64,000 nt of DNA from Amoebidium appalachense (lineage: Eukaryota; Protista; Ichthyosporea), in assembly GCA_963693365.1 (NCBI GenBank), contig CAVNZM010000001.1:6650907-6714906 (forward strand). The letters run 5' to 3'. The number at the start of each line of letters is the position of its first letter. The first letter of the stretch is position 1. Both the position numbers and the translations under genes were made by a program. The notes below the pieces were generated by a model that was not told the DNA's origin, ran no database searches, and was given only the letters and a program-made list of their open reading frames with translations. Of the stretch, positions 49,599 through 63,653 are shown piece after piece.

Positions 49599-51897
49599 CT
49601 AAACACTCTGCTTTCTCTTGATCATACTGCCTAACCGTTTTGCCATTCCAAATCCGGACACATTCACCTTTTCCTTCTCCTCGTTCCCGTTAGTTACAGC
49701 TGACGATCTTCGGAAAGAACCCCCCTCCCGCCCACCCGCCTTCGAAAAAACAGTCCCGAAAGATTTCCTCCTCTTTGCCTTATCCATACCTGCCGAAGGC
49801 GCCACCGAACTCGCGGCCACAGGAACCATAATTTGGGGGGGTTCATTATTACTCGAATTTTCAGCGACGGGTGTAGGGGGTTGTTCTAGAATAGTCGCCT
49901 GTGTCGACACAACTGACGTATGGCTCCCATGCCCACCCCGCCCAAATACCCACAACATACCGCCGTTTTGAGACGGTTGGCTTTCGCTGTGTGCCCCCAC
50001 AAACCCACCTTCTGCACCTCCCATACTCCCGCCACCCTTCCCCCCATGGCTATTCGTTATTTCATGCCGATACGACATTTCCTGTTCGTGCGCCGTTTCC
50101 ACCCCCTTGCTCAGAAGACTGGGCCCGCTACTGTGTCTACGCATACCAATCGCGCGTTTCCACGACAAATGCCGATGACTGTGTGCAGATTGATCTTCGA
50201 GCGGGCTGGGACTCGACGCACGACGATGTGGGTGGCTGGGGGATGACGACAGAGACACGTTTGTGTCCGACTTGCTTCGGGAATATTTGGGCCTGAGGTG
50301 CGCCTTCACTTTACCTATACCCCCCTGAAACGAAAATTTCCGCTCCGGGACTTTGTAATCGGGAAATTCGACATGGTAGGGGTCGAACGGCCTATCTGTC
50401 CCAGCAACGGTCGTATGCCAGGCCTCGAACCCCATGGCCCGTCCCTGTAGATTCTGCGCCGGAAAACACAAACTGGTTTGGGATACGTTAGCCTTTTTCC
50501 AATCGTCCGTGAATACAGGCGCGGTAAGGCGCCGTGCAGGGGGAGGCGTGGGTGGAAATGGACTTACGGATGGTGTTTCCAGGGGGGTTTTTTCGTCGCT
50601 GGTGGTATCTGTCTGCACGTCTATCTCGAGTGCCTGTGGTAGGGGTGTGCTGGCCCGTCGGGACAACGCTTTGCGCACGGTACCTGTGCTACCCACATAC
50701 TCGACCACCCCAGAAACACGCGCATCACCTGCTGGCGTGGACAAACTTTTGAGATCGCTCGCAGTTGCTGACCGTGTCATTATTGGTCGGAAGGAATCGG
50801 GGGTGCTAACACTCGGGTCGGAATAGTGGCGGGGGGGTCTGGAGTCCAAACTTCCGGGATTTCCGGAATCCGCTAACGGGGCCAGAATGGTGCTTGCAGC
50901 TATGATTGAAGTAGAGGATGTATTGGACACATTCATACTGCTTGCCTCTGAGGTACATACAAGGTGGGGGCTTCGACTCCTCATCACTGCGTGCATGGAC
51001 GCCAAAAACCCCTTCCGCGACGAATTTACACCAAGGTATGGGGTGCCATTTTGGCTACCGGGGATCTCCAGCCTGACGCTATCCACTGTCCGCCTGCGTA
51101 GAATATTCGAGCTAACTTGGGGCAGTGGGTGCTCCTGTTGTATAAGTAGATCTATGCCACCAGAACCCACATACGTGCGTATTTGCCAAGCGCTATCTCC
51201 GTTACTGCCTGTACGTGTGTGTGTCTTCCCCCGCGGCTGCTTTGGATTTTTCGTTGCGTTCACCGGATGACACATCCGTGGTAGATGTATTCCAAGATCG
51301 GAATTCCAACGGATTTCTAGAGGATGCCACGGCAAGAAGTGTAACAAACAAATCACCTATGTCGACACGGTCGTTAGTGCGGCAGTGGTGGAACGAGTAG
51401 GCGTGGATGGTGCGTGAAGTCTCTACCTGGGCCTTCATGACGTAATCATTGTCGACTGCCTGCCCATCATCTATTCCCGCCAAAACAAAGTCGACGGCAG
51501 GGTCGACACCACGTACGGCCGGCACCCACAGCTCGCTCAGGCGCGACAGGCTATTCGTGTCGTGAAGAGAAAAACACAACAGCACTGCAGAGGGAAGCGC
51601 ATCCTTCCATGGGATCTCATCCGGGTCTGTAAATATGCGGTACTCTTGCATGCCGTGCCCCCATTTCGACAGACTGCCCACCAAAGCCTCCAATCCATCG
51701 TGCTCATCACCTACTACCCATATGACCTGCTTAGTGCCCCGAGTGCCTAAGGTGTCGGCGGCAGATGAAAAGTCGGGGGTAGAAGCACAATGCGCGCTTG
51801 CGCGTGCGGTTGCGGTAAGTGTAGTGCCATTGTTCGTATTTGTAATGTGACTGTTGGTAAACGCAGCGTAAACGTCCCTACTTACGTGTGATGTCAT
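49599..51897 (-). CDS. Degenerate Rho-like GTPase-fold domain plus a long S/P/R-rich disordered tail
   Basis: VIWVVGDEHDG and AVLLCFSLHDTNSLSRLSELWVPAVRGVDPAVDFVLAG resemble the Rho beta1 and beta4-alpha3-beta5 segments. The two overlapping ORFs join in frame via a 55-nt GT-AG intron (51263-51209, ending ACACACACGTACAG) or via a 1-nt error in the G5 run. Confidence 0.65.
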
Positions 51898-53261
51898 AGC
51901 GACATGATATGTGCTGCCTTGACTTCTTGCTCGAAGGTTATACTACCAGAGCACCTCATGTCTGTGTCTTTAGCGCTAATAGACATGTGGCACTATCACG
52001 CAAATTTAAGGTGCCTTGTGTGTGCATGTACATTTACATGCGTGAGTTCTTGCGTGTATATGCCCGTTAATAAACGTGTATATATGTGGGTATATGGAGG
52101 GGATCTAAGCAGCTGCAAGGTGCACAGGTGTAGCCGATGTAATGTTCAGTACCGGTCAATGTAATGGTGAACTCAAACCCTGAATTGAAGCTGACGCCGT
52201 GCAGTGTAAGTAAGTAACATAAGTGCAGTTTCTATTGTCTAAAACCACACGAATATTATAACACTAGCTTGTATTTAGTTTTTTTTGACCCAACAAACAG
52301 CAAGAGACTTAAGCTGGTGCCGTTGAAGGAAAAACATCGCACCAAGCAAGCGGCCGACCCGACTGAACTCTTCTGGTTTGGATCTACACACTAATGGTGA
52401 GAGCACTAAAGTAGGTACATGATATTTATAGTTTACTACTACTCGTAGCAGATTTTGAAGGACGACAGGCCTGTTAAAAAATATAAGATTTTTTAAACGT
52501 ATAAACATTCGATACTACATATTGTTTTGCTTTTGCCGAAGACTTATCCACTTGCCCTTGCAGTGGGCGCGCATACCGTCCACGCCTTTGCTGGCACGCC
52601 CGGCACGTGGGAAAGTGCATGTTGTTGGGTAACCTTTTTTATTACTTCTCTTTTTTTCTCTCCTGTAGCCTATTTACAGTTTGGATTTCAATTAAATCTT
52701 ACTACTGTATTATTACCTGGGCTTGCCACCTTATTTGGCAGCCTACCAGTTGACTCGAAGATCCGGCACACTACTGTATATGAGTTGGTCACAGATCGGC
52801 TTTGACCAACATACTTGAATATTAAAACTTTTGTGGGGCTCATGGTATCTTTCAATGTTTTTAAAAGGTGGTCTGACACATTTACGGTACATTTGTGTAT
52901 TACTACGCAAAATAATATCATACTCCGTTATTTATAGGATTGGAGCTCTCTGCACCAATCAAAAGCAGGTGCCGAACCGTCCACTCCTCAACCGTTGGCA
53001 AGATGGCACAGTGACGTAGGGCTCGTATCTTGGAATTTGTCTTACAGCCTTGACGAATAAATCGAGTATATCAATTGACCTGTGCGTAATTCATTCATTC
53101 ATTATAGTTATAGCTCAGCAAAGAGAACATGCCTGATGAGTACCAGAACATGGCGTGGCACTGCCTGCTCTATAAAAGTACATCCGCACCCCGAACTCCG
53201 GCGGCAAAGTCAAAAAGAGTTTGCGGGGCGAGAAAGGAATGCGCTCGTATTGTCACAGTGT

Positions 53262-53355
53262 TGCGACATCGAAATGTGATGGGAACATGAATTCGAACAC
53301 GGCTGAAATGCGACATCGAAATGTGATGGGAATATTAATTCAAACACGGATGAAA
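53262..53355. repeat. 47-bp tandem duplication
   Basis: TGCGACATCGAAATGTGATGGGAA.AT.AATTC.AACACGG.TGAAA occurs twice. Confidence 0.9.
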
Positions 53356-53613
53356 GTCGGATGGGGGACGGATGGTCACAGCTTTCGTTGACAAGAAATA
53401 TGTTTTGGACAAGGAAAAGACTGAGGACGCCAGGTCCCGGAAGCCCCATTTACATCGTGATGTTTATTGATCTGGGGGGCTTCCGTGTCTGGGGTGACTC
53501 GATGTATATCTACGTCACAGTATGTAGTAGGACCTAATCTGATTGGACAGCTATCCCAACAAGAATTTCATGACAAAAATGTTGCATGCATTGCAGCATG
53601 GCATGCGCGCAGC

Positions 53614-53814
53614 CAGGGGTGAAAATTTTCTTTTGACTGGATTTATTCGACGGAAAGATATGCAAGTATGCACGGCTTACTGAGAAGACAATAAACTTCC
53701 CGAGTTATCCAGTAACAAGTGCATACTGAGATACCTGAACACCGTGTGAAAATCATATAAATACGCAAAAGAGAGGGAGTAAGTGAGAGAGAGTGAGAGG
53801 GGGAGAGAGAGAGA

Positions 53815-53885
<71 letters not shown>

Positions 53886-53938
53886 GAAGTCGGAGAGAGA
53901 GACAGAGACACTCGGAGAGAGAGGGGGAGAGACTCGGG

Positions 53939-53970
<32 letters not shown>

Positions 53971-54020
53971 AAGAATGTGTGTGTGTATGTGTATGTGTAT
54001 CACGGTATGTGTGTGTGTGC

Positions 54021-54099
<79 letters not shown>

Positions 54100-54705
54100 A
54101 CATCACAGTGTAAGTGTGTATCGGCACACTGAGCACAGAATGTGAAAGGCTGCTCAGTATTTAACAGCACCATGTGATAGTAGCTCAGGCCGGGATACAC
54201 AGAGTCCAAGCATGGACCGTCACTTTGGCTCAATACAGTAAATCCGACTTGTTTTATTTTAAGTATGAGTATGACGGCTGTTTAGCCTCGGACACGCAAA
54301 ATCTTCTGTCAATATACATCAGATCTGTACTGGATGTTCATTAAAAAACTCGATAGATATCACTACCAGTAACAGCTCGGTAGCATCCTAGGCCTTCTAT
54401 GTAACCCCCCCCCCCCCCCCCCCCCCCCAACACACACACACCCTCCCCTCTCCCCCCCCCCCCCCTCCCCCCTTCTCCCACTGCCTAAGACAGGTATGGT
54501 TCGTAACTATGGTCATAAATTTAACATAATAAAATAATAACAGGGATCAAACACTGCTTCCCCAGAAAAAGAAACGAGCAAACTCAATACTTACTAATCA
54601 GTATGAAGTGGCTTGGAAATGCAAATGGTTGAGGGGCAGAGAGAGAGTGAGAGAGTGAGAGAGAGAGAGGGAGAGGGAGAAAGGGGGGGGGGGGGGGGGG
54701 AGAGG

Positions 54706-54792
<87 letters not shown>

Positions 54793-55102
54793 TGTGTTTG
54801 TGCTATTTTGTTGGGAAGAGTGGGGCGGGGTACTGGCAGGCTCACGCGGTTGTGCTGTATTGCTTGCGAAAAAATCTCCTAACATTAGTGTGCGCTGAGA
54901 AGCTTGTGTGTTCGGCTTCCCTGTGACTGCAGCCGCGGGGAGTTCAGGGTTTGTATTACGAATCAAAATCGTCGTATTTACCCCCCCCCAATACGATTAA
55001 AAAGAGGCCGCTCAATTAGTAAATACGATTGTGAGGGGCGTCAAATTCCCCGCCAAAATGCGACTAAAAGCGCCCGACAGAGCCCCATATGTTGCAACCC
55101 CT

Positions 55103-55135
<33 letters not shown>

Positions 55136-55252
55136 CTGCACCATGCCACACCATCCATTCCAAATTACCGTACCATACAGCTGGAGCTGGATGGTATTTC
55201 TGAAAATTGGATGGTTTTTTGGAGGGTGTAAACGCCGTTATGGTCACCCCTG
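53614..55252. mobile_element. Non-autonomous hAT-like DNA transposon (1639 bp)
   Basis: Terminal inverted repeats CAGGGGTGA (53614) and TCACCCCTG (ending 55252) are flanked by a perfect 8-bp direct repeat CGCGCAGC (53606-53613 and 55253-55260). No transposase ORF. Confidence 0.8.
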
Positions 55253-55843
55253 CGCGCAGCTCATGCACATAAGAGCAGCGAGCAGTGCACCCAGCGAGGC
55301 TCAACCAAAAAACTCAAGTTGTTGTCTGGTGAATCTGCCCCCACAAGCTTACCGTGGCGTATCCGAGTCCCAGTCGTAGGACGGTGTGGGCAACAATTTG
55401 GGCTGACAGGTCACTGAGGTCGACTGGGTTTTTATCTTTCCTTTCGGAAATATCATTTGTTGATATTTTTTCTATTCATCTCGGATTGTTCCAGTTTCTG
55501 TTCGGCTGCAGGCATTTACCCGCTCTCCCAACATCACTACCTTAAACTTTCTGTTGAATTGCAACAAGTATGATATTTTCTATGCAGTTTACTCTTGCAT
55601 GGCCTATAACTTAGCAATTGTTGACCCCCGTAGTTGAGCTCATACATGCAGCTTTTAGCAGTCTTACTGTAGAATTCTCGTTTTTGGTATATCTCGTTGG
55701 ATATCCGGCGAAGCCATCTCAGCGACTATCTCGTTGTGTCTATGGTAACTGTACTATATATCCATTCTTAGCCCTGTCTGATGCCCCGATCGAAATAAAA
55801 TCCATTATTAAAAAAAAAAAGGATCTTCCATGATCATGTGATG

Positions 55844-55901
55844 TTTGTGACACCATGTGGTAGCTGGCACCATCTTTGTGACACCATGTGGTAGCTGGCA
55901 C
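55844..55901. repeat. 27-bp direct repeat, 31-bp period
   Basis: TTTGTGACACCATGTGGTAGCTGGCAC occurs twice, separated by CATC. Confidence 0.9.
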
Positions 55902-56262
55902 TGGTCATTGAAATGCATGTTCACTATTATCTGGCTGAAAACACCCATTACATTTGACTTTGCGAGGTAAATTACATGTTCATGTATTTGAGAGTAAGCG
56001 TTTCTTTTGTATCTTCTTCACTGAGATATCTGTGACATCTCGATTGCCTCCAAAATAAACAAAAAAATAGGAATATTGATCGACGAGATTGTCAACATAA
56101 GTCATTTTTTTTTTCCAACGTCAAATAAAAGTTATCAAGGTTTTGGAAAAAAAATGAGATATAACAAACATGCAAACCACATATCACAAGTCACATACAA
56201 AAATAAGCGAATACCACCCTAGGCAAACGGCAGCCCATTTTCTTTTCTTTTCTTTCTCTCTT

Positions 56263-56303
<41 letters not shown>

Positions 56304-56361
56304 CCCCCCCCCCCCCCCCCCTCCCCCCCCCACCCGCCCGCCGCCACCCCCCCTTCCCCCC

Positions 56362-56405
<44 letters not shown>

Positions 56406-56475
56406 CTCTCTCTCTCTCCCTCTCTCTTCCCCTCTCCCCCCCCCCCCCCCCCCCCCGTCGTTTGCCCGCCCCCCC

Positions 56476-56543
<68 letters not shown>

Positions 56544-56604
56544 CTCCCCCCCCCCCCCCCCTCCCTTTTCTTTTCTTTTCTTTTTCTTTTTCTTTTTCCT
56601 TTTC

Positions 56605-56657
<53 letters not shown>

Positions 56658-56902
56658 GGATTATTGTATTCGGCAACGCCTCCTAAATAGCAATCCTTTA
56701 GCAGGCCTTGTAGTCCGCAGAAACCTGCAGCTAATTTTTGACACACTTGTAGTCTAAAGTAGCAATTTCATGACTTCGTTAAAAAAGCTACCAGAGATTA
56801 AGATAATTGAATGCATCTCATTTCACAAGCGGGTGTGCCACAAGAGCTTGTATTTGCTAATAAAGGTACAAGACGTTAACAGTGTGTGTGTGTGTGTATG
56901 CA

Positions 56903-56963
<61 letters not shown>

Positions 56964-57250
56964 CAGTGTGTGTGCGCGCGCACGCGCGCAAGTGTGTGAA
57001 TGAGTGAGTGAGTATATGAGTGTGTGAGTGTGTGAGTGTGTGAGTGTGAGCGTGCGCAGTGTATGTGTGCAGCTATGTTCGAAAGGGGGGTAATAAAAAA
57101 ACAAACATCGACTACTACTGTTTCATTCATAACGATTATCAAATTATGCACCTATCATCGGATATGAAATCCATTAGAACTACCCAAATTATTACATGAT
57201 TAACCATCGGACTGTTACTTTGCCCATTTTTGGAAGGGAGGTGGGGGGCT

Positions 57251-57582
57251 TCACGCAAACACATTCTTTACGAAAACATTGGTACAGCTGCTATCAGAAA
57301 AGGTGATGACTCTAAAATCGGGATTTACTTCTGCAATTTTCTTGAGCCACTCCATGCAGCTCCCACATGGGCCCAAGGGGTTAAGGTCCGTGCTGCTCGA
57401 CTCAACCTCGTCAATGTGGATCTCTGTACGTGTACGTGTGTACGTGTGTACGTGTGTGTGTGTGCGTGCGCGCGCAGGTGTACGCACGTGTGGGTGAGTT
57501 TGTGTGGATGAATTTTGGGAAGAGAGGGGGAGTGGGGTGTAAATAGTGTGGCGACACGTACAAGGTACTGGCTCCGAGACAT

Positions 57583-57615
<33 letters not shown>

Positions 57616-58392
57616 TTTATATACACATACAATCAATATCATTCCATGCACTGCACGTTACCTCTATGACCTGCTTCACAATGTCAGAAAATAGTCATAA
57701 AGACACGTGTGAGTGCATGTGCAAGGGCAGACACGCCCGCCAAAAAGGGGGGGGGGGGGGTGACTGATGGGTGAAAAAGAGCATAGGAGAAAGAAGGGCG
57801 GCAAGCCAGAGGGGGAAAGGGCCCCCCCCCTGTGGGGAAGGGAGCGGGGGGGGGGGGAGGGGGGGGAGGAAGGTGAGGGGGGGGGGGGGGGGGGGGGGGG
57901 GGGGAGGGGCACCTGACAGGCGGCGCAGGGGATTAACGTCATCGTTTTCGGGCCGAGTTTTGAAGTTGAATGTTTGGCTGCCCAGTTTGGGGCTGGTCAG
58001 TAGCTTGGGGCTGCTCGGTCCTGAAGGATAGCGGAACGTAGGCGCAGGCGCGGGTGCTGTTTTTTTATGTTTTTTATTTTATAATATATTTTATTTTATT
58101 TTGTTGTTTTTTGAGGGGGGGAAGGGGGGGAAGGGGGAGGGGGGGGGGGGGGATTAGTGGGCGTGCTTGTGTTTGTGTGTGTCCGTGCTAATGGGTGGGT
58201 AAATGCATGTGTGGTGTTTACATTTCTCGTGTGTAGATGTACTGTGTTTGAACGTACCTGTATGTGTGCATATGCGTTGGTGTCTATGTGTGCGTCTGTA
58301 CACAAACCCACATAGGCATGTGCATGTACAGGGCTTCCCGTGTTGTGGTGGACATAGGATTGGGAGATTGAATGTGTGTGTGTGTGTGTGTC

Positions 58393-58423
<31 letters not shown>

Positions 58424-58822
58424 TTAACCTATGCACGTGCATGCCTGTGTTGGGGTTTGTGGGGAGGTAGGTGAGCACGGTGTATTGTGGGGGGGAGGGG
58501 GAGGGGGGGAGGGGGGGCGGGTTGTGAGAGTGTAGAAAGTAAAAGAGGCATAGCAGGGCAGTGTAAGAGCTGATCCGGGGGGGGGGGAAGAGGGTGGGTG
58601 GTTGGGGGGTGGTTGGAAGGGGGGGGGGGGGGGCAGTTTACGAGTCAGGGTCATTGAGAGGACGGCAATGAGACGGAAGTCCTTGCGGCAGAGGGTGGGG
58701 TCTGCTGCAAGGGCATTGCCTATGGCATTGCGTTCGGAACACAATGTTCCAGTCGGCATGGACACCTCGATGTTCATGCCTGGGTGGGTGGGTGAGTGGG
58801 TGGGATGGGATCTCTCTCTCTC

Positions 58823-58860
<38 letters not shown>

Positions 58861-59747
58861 TCTCTTTCTCTCTCACTTTTTTTTTGGGGGGGGGGGGGCA
58901 GGGGAGGCGGTGGAAAAGGAGGATATTACCTTTGATGAACACAGGGGGCGAGTCTGGTTTCTGGATCATCAACACACAGAGAACTGGCTTTTTGGTTTTG
59001 CGCAACCAGAAGACCTCAAGCTCGGCACCAGACACACGGCCATCCCGCACCATCTCAAAGTGTTTCTGTGCGTGTGTGGGTGTGGATGTTTGCATGTTCG
59101 CGTGCGGATGGGTGTGTGTGTGTTGGGGGGAGGGGGGAAGGGGACGACGGTGGGGGGGGGAGGGGGGGGGGGGGAGGGGTAGAGAGAGAGGGGGGGGGGG
59201 GGGGGGGGGGAGGGAGTGTTACAAGGGTGTGTCACCACTCTCTATGTTCAAATAAAATACCCTTCCACACCACCCCTTCATGCTGCCTCAACCCTCACTG
59301 ACTCATTTCCTCCTCGCTCACTCCTTCCTCCTCTCCCTCCCCCCCTTGGAAACACGCACACACACACACACACACACCCACCCACCCACCCACACACCAT
59401 CCCCTCCTCCCCCCCCTCCCCCCTCCCCCTCCCTCCCCCCACACACACCTCTCGCCCTCCCGTTCAACCCCACAAACACACTACCAACCCCCCCCCCCCC
59501 CCCCACCACACACACCATCCTACCCCCCTCCCCCCCCCACCCCCTCCCCCGAACACATACACACCCACACCCACCCCACACCCACCCACCCATTCCCCTC
59601 CCCCCCCCCCCCCCCCCCCCTCTCTCCCCTCCCTCCCTCCCCTCCGCCCCCACCCAACAACACCACACACACACACACCCCAACGTTGTGAGCCATCGTC
59701 TCCTTCACCACCGTCCTAAAGTCATCATCCAACACAGGGGAGTCCAG

Positions 59748-59783
<36 letters not shown>

Positions 59784-60219
59784 ACCCACCCACCCACTCA
59801 CACACACACACCGACCCCACCTACCCATTCAATCCCTTCCCCCCCCCCCCCCCCTCCCCCAGCACACACACACATACCCACACCCACACCCACACCTTGT
59901 GAGCCATCATCTCCTTCACCACTGTCTTCACGTCATCATCCAACTCAGGGGAGTCCAGGGGCAGTGCTGGTTGGGCCCCAACCATTTCAAACGAATGGTG
60001 CTCTACGTCCTCGTGTGAAAGGGTGCCAAAGTGGAAGAACGACTTGGGCTGTAGGAGTGGTGTGTACGTGTGTGTGTGTAAGTGCATGGGGTTGGGTGGG
60101 GAAGTGTGTGAGGACGTGGTGTGTATGTGTGTCTAAAGTGGGGGAAGGAGGGGAGGGGAAAACGGGGGGGAGGAGAGAGAGACAAATCAGAATGTATTAC
60201 AATGTACGCAGTACCCCCA

Positions 60220-60259
<40 letters not shown>

Positions 60260-60790
60260 CATGTATACATGATCGAGGGGATTGGTGTAGGCTGTAAGTG
60301 TGCTTGTATGAGGAGTGGCAGTTGTGTGCAAGTCGTATCTACAAGACAACAAGGGCAGTGAGTAAAAGGGGGAGGGGGTAGAGGGGGGGGGGGAGGAATA
60401 GAAGGAGGGTAGGCTACAACGTAACGACTAAAAAAACATCAAGAACTTCAATGTTACCAATGAAAATCACAGTAAAGCCGAGAATCTGGGGGGAAGGGGG
60501 GTGGAAGAGAACAGGGGTTGGAGGGGAGGAGGAGGAGGGGGAGGGGAGGGGGGAGGGGGGGGGATAGGGCGAATGGGTCGGTAGTGATGGTGGTGTGTGT
60601 GTGTGGGGGGGGGGGGGGGGGGGGGGGAGGGGGGGGGGGGGGGGGAGAAGGGGGGGGGGGGGGGGGGGGGGGGGGGTGATGCGGACCTGCCAGAGATGGA
60701 GATAGTCGGCATGGAATTGGGCCATAGAGTTCATGACTGCAGACAGACGGGCAGGCGCACCATCACTCAGAGACACGGTAACGTGGAACC

Positions 60791-60877
<87 letters not shown>

Positions 60878-61485
60878 ATTTTTCTTTTCCCCCTTTTGTA
60901 AGAAAGGGCGGGGGAGGGGGGGGGGGGGTGATGTATGCGTTGGGGGGGGGGGGGGGGGGGGGGGGGGGAGGGAGGTTGACAGGTGGGCGGTTCGATGCAT
61001 ATTTGTGCCGTTCGAAGTAGGTTGGACGCGGGTTGGGCAATAGGGACATGCAGCGGGTAGGAGGAGAAGAGGGGGAAGGTTAATTGGGGGTTGGGGGGGG
61101 GGGGGAGGGGGGGGGGGGGGGGGGGGGGGGTGAGGGATGGGTTTATACAGTGCAAAGCACAAGAATCAGGTTGATGAAGCAAAGCCACCATGCAGGTAAA
61201 TGAACGACACGTACATGCTGAATATGCAGGGCCTGCAGTGGATGCATGCTGCATACTCAAGTCATTGGTGTATTCGGCCGTGTAAGTGTGTACGTGTGTG
61301 TTTGTGTGCTTGTGTGGGGAGAGGGACAGAGTGGGGGGAGGGGGAGAGGGGGGGGGGGGGGGGGGGGGGGAGGGGGGGGGGGGGGATGGATCAAGGGATC
61401 TTAGCAAGGAGTGGGTCACATAATGAGGGAAAAAAGAGGAGAGGAGAAAGAAGGAATTGGAATAACAATTTGCGAAGGAGAAGGT

Positions 61486-61561
<76 letters not shown>

Positions 61562-61886
61562 CGCGCGTGCGTGTGTGTATGAATGCACACGCGCACGTGT
61601 ACTTGCCCGTGCACGTGAGCACACATATAAATGTGTGTATATGTGTGTGTGTGTATGCGTGTGCGTGTGTGTATGAATGCATGTGCGTGTGCGTGGGCGC
61701 GTGTCCGGGTTTTAGTGTTTATGAATGTAAACACACGTGCATATGGGCATATATACCTGTTCCAATCGTCTGGGTTTGCCTGCACCAGCAGCCGTCTATG
61801 CTCCATGATGCATGGGGTGAGATAGTTGTTGACAAAATGGACGTTGTCTCGGTAGCGGAAGATACCCTCGGTACTGTGGATCACGG

Positions 61887-61963
<77 letters not shown>

Positions 61964-62147
61964 ACACGTGTGTGCACACATGCACAAGTGCGTGTTTACG
62001 GGCTTGTATGTTTGTGTTTGGTGTGCGCGTGTCGGTGCATCCACAGGAGTGTTTGGTTGATTGTTCAGGTGTTAGCAAATATGCAACTTCAGTAAGCATG
62101 TATCGGCAATTGTTGAATGCAGCCGGGAACTTTTTTTTTTTTTTTTT

Positions 62148-62202
<55 letters not shown>

Positions 62203-63008
62203 AGAAGACAAAAAAGAGAGACAGAGATACACAATCCATCTCATAGACCGATCACAGGTACAAAAGCCTCTTATCATTGAGCATGAATTAAAGCCAAAAC
62301 CTAGATGGGTATGAATTTAAATTAATTAGGGCTCAGCCTAAATGGGCATGCATTTTGAACTAAACTTTAATGTCCATAAAAAACAAGAATTAACACTCAC
62401 CACCTCAACGTCAGGATAGAGCTTCAGCACAAATGCCTGTATGAGCTCTGCCGTGCCCTGAGTCGAGTTGTCGTATGTGCCGTGGGCTGGGTTGCGTGAG
62501 TTGCCTTCTCCACTGAGTAGATACAGCACCTGTTTTTCAACCGGGGGGAGAGGGGGAGGGGAGGGAGGAAGGGGGGGTGGGGTGGGGTGGGGGGGTTAAA
62601 TTGTGTTGCAGTTTATGCGTTAACGCCAGACAACACAATACAAAATTATGTAAAAACACACACACATAGAATATGCATCATAAGAAGGGCCCCGCCGGAG
62701 GAAGAAGATTAGAACGAGGAGGAAGGGGATGGGGTGGGGTGGGTGGGTGGGTGGGTGGGTGGGGGGGGGGGGGGGGGGGGGGGGGGGGTAGGGAAATCAT
62801 CTGCAGTACCCCAGTTTCGGCCTGTTGATTTAACAGACGAAACCCAACTCAGATACTACTCATCTCGAGATTGGATGGGTCAACCGTCAAAGAGGAGAGT
62901 GGGGGAAGGGGAGGAGGGGTGATGGTGGTGGTGGTGGGTGGGTGGGTTGGGGACGGCGGTGGGGAAGGGGGGGGGGGGGGGGTATGGTGTTTGTGTCAGT
63001 GAGTCGGT

Positions 63009-63039
<31 letters not shown>

Positions 63040-63462
63040 GGGGGGGGGGGGGGGGGGGTCTAGGCTTCAGCACTAGGCAATCAACATAAGAATTGCACAT
63101 CAGTGGGTGTGTCTGTGTTTATGTGGAGTCTGTGTGTCTCTGTGCAGCGGAGAGGAGTGTGCTTGTGGTGGTGTGTGGTGTGAGTGTGTGTGTGTGTGGG
63201 GGGGGGGTGGGGGGGGGGGGGGAGGGGGAGGGGGGTTGTTTGTGTGTGTTTGTGTGCGTGTGTGGGTGATGGGTGAATGAGTGTGCATGTGAGCCATATC
63301 CCTTGGCCTCGTTTCTTGCCATGTGTGATGCGTTGGATGTTTCTGTGTCGTGGTGGTGGTGGTGGTCGTGGTGGTGGTGGAGGTGTTACAATATTGGTGG
63401 TACATGACACTTTAAGTGCGAGTGTGAGATTGACCCACACACAGGAATCCGTGTCGGGGTGT

Positions 63463-63517
<55 letters not shown>

Positions 63518-63530
63518 CAGCACACACAAA

Positions 63531-63570
<40 letters not shown>

Positions 63571-63606
63571 TCCCCCCCACAAACACACACAAAGAGAGAG
63601 AGAGAA

Positions 63607-63653
<47 letters not shown>

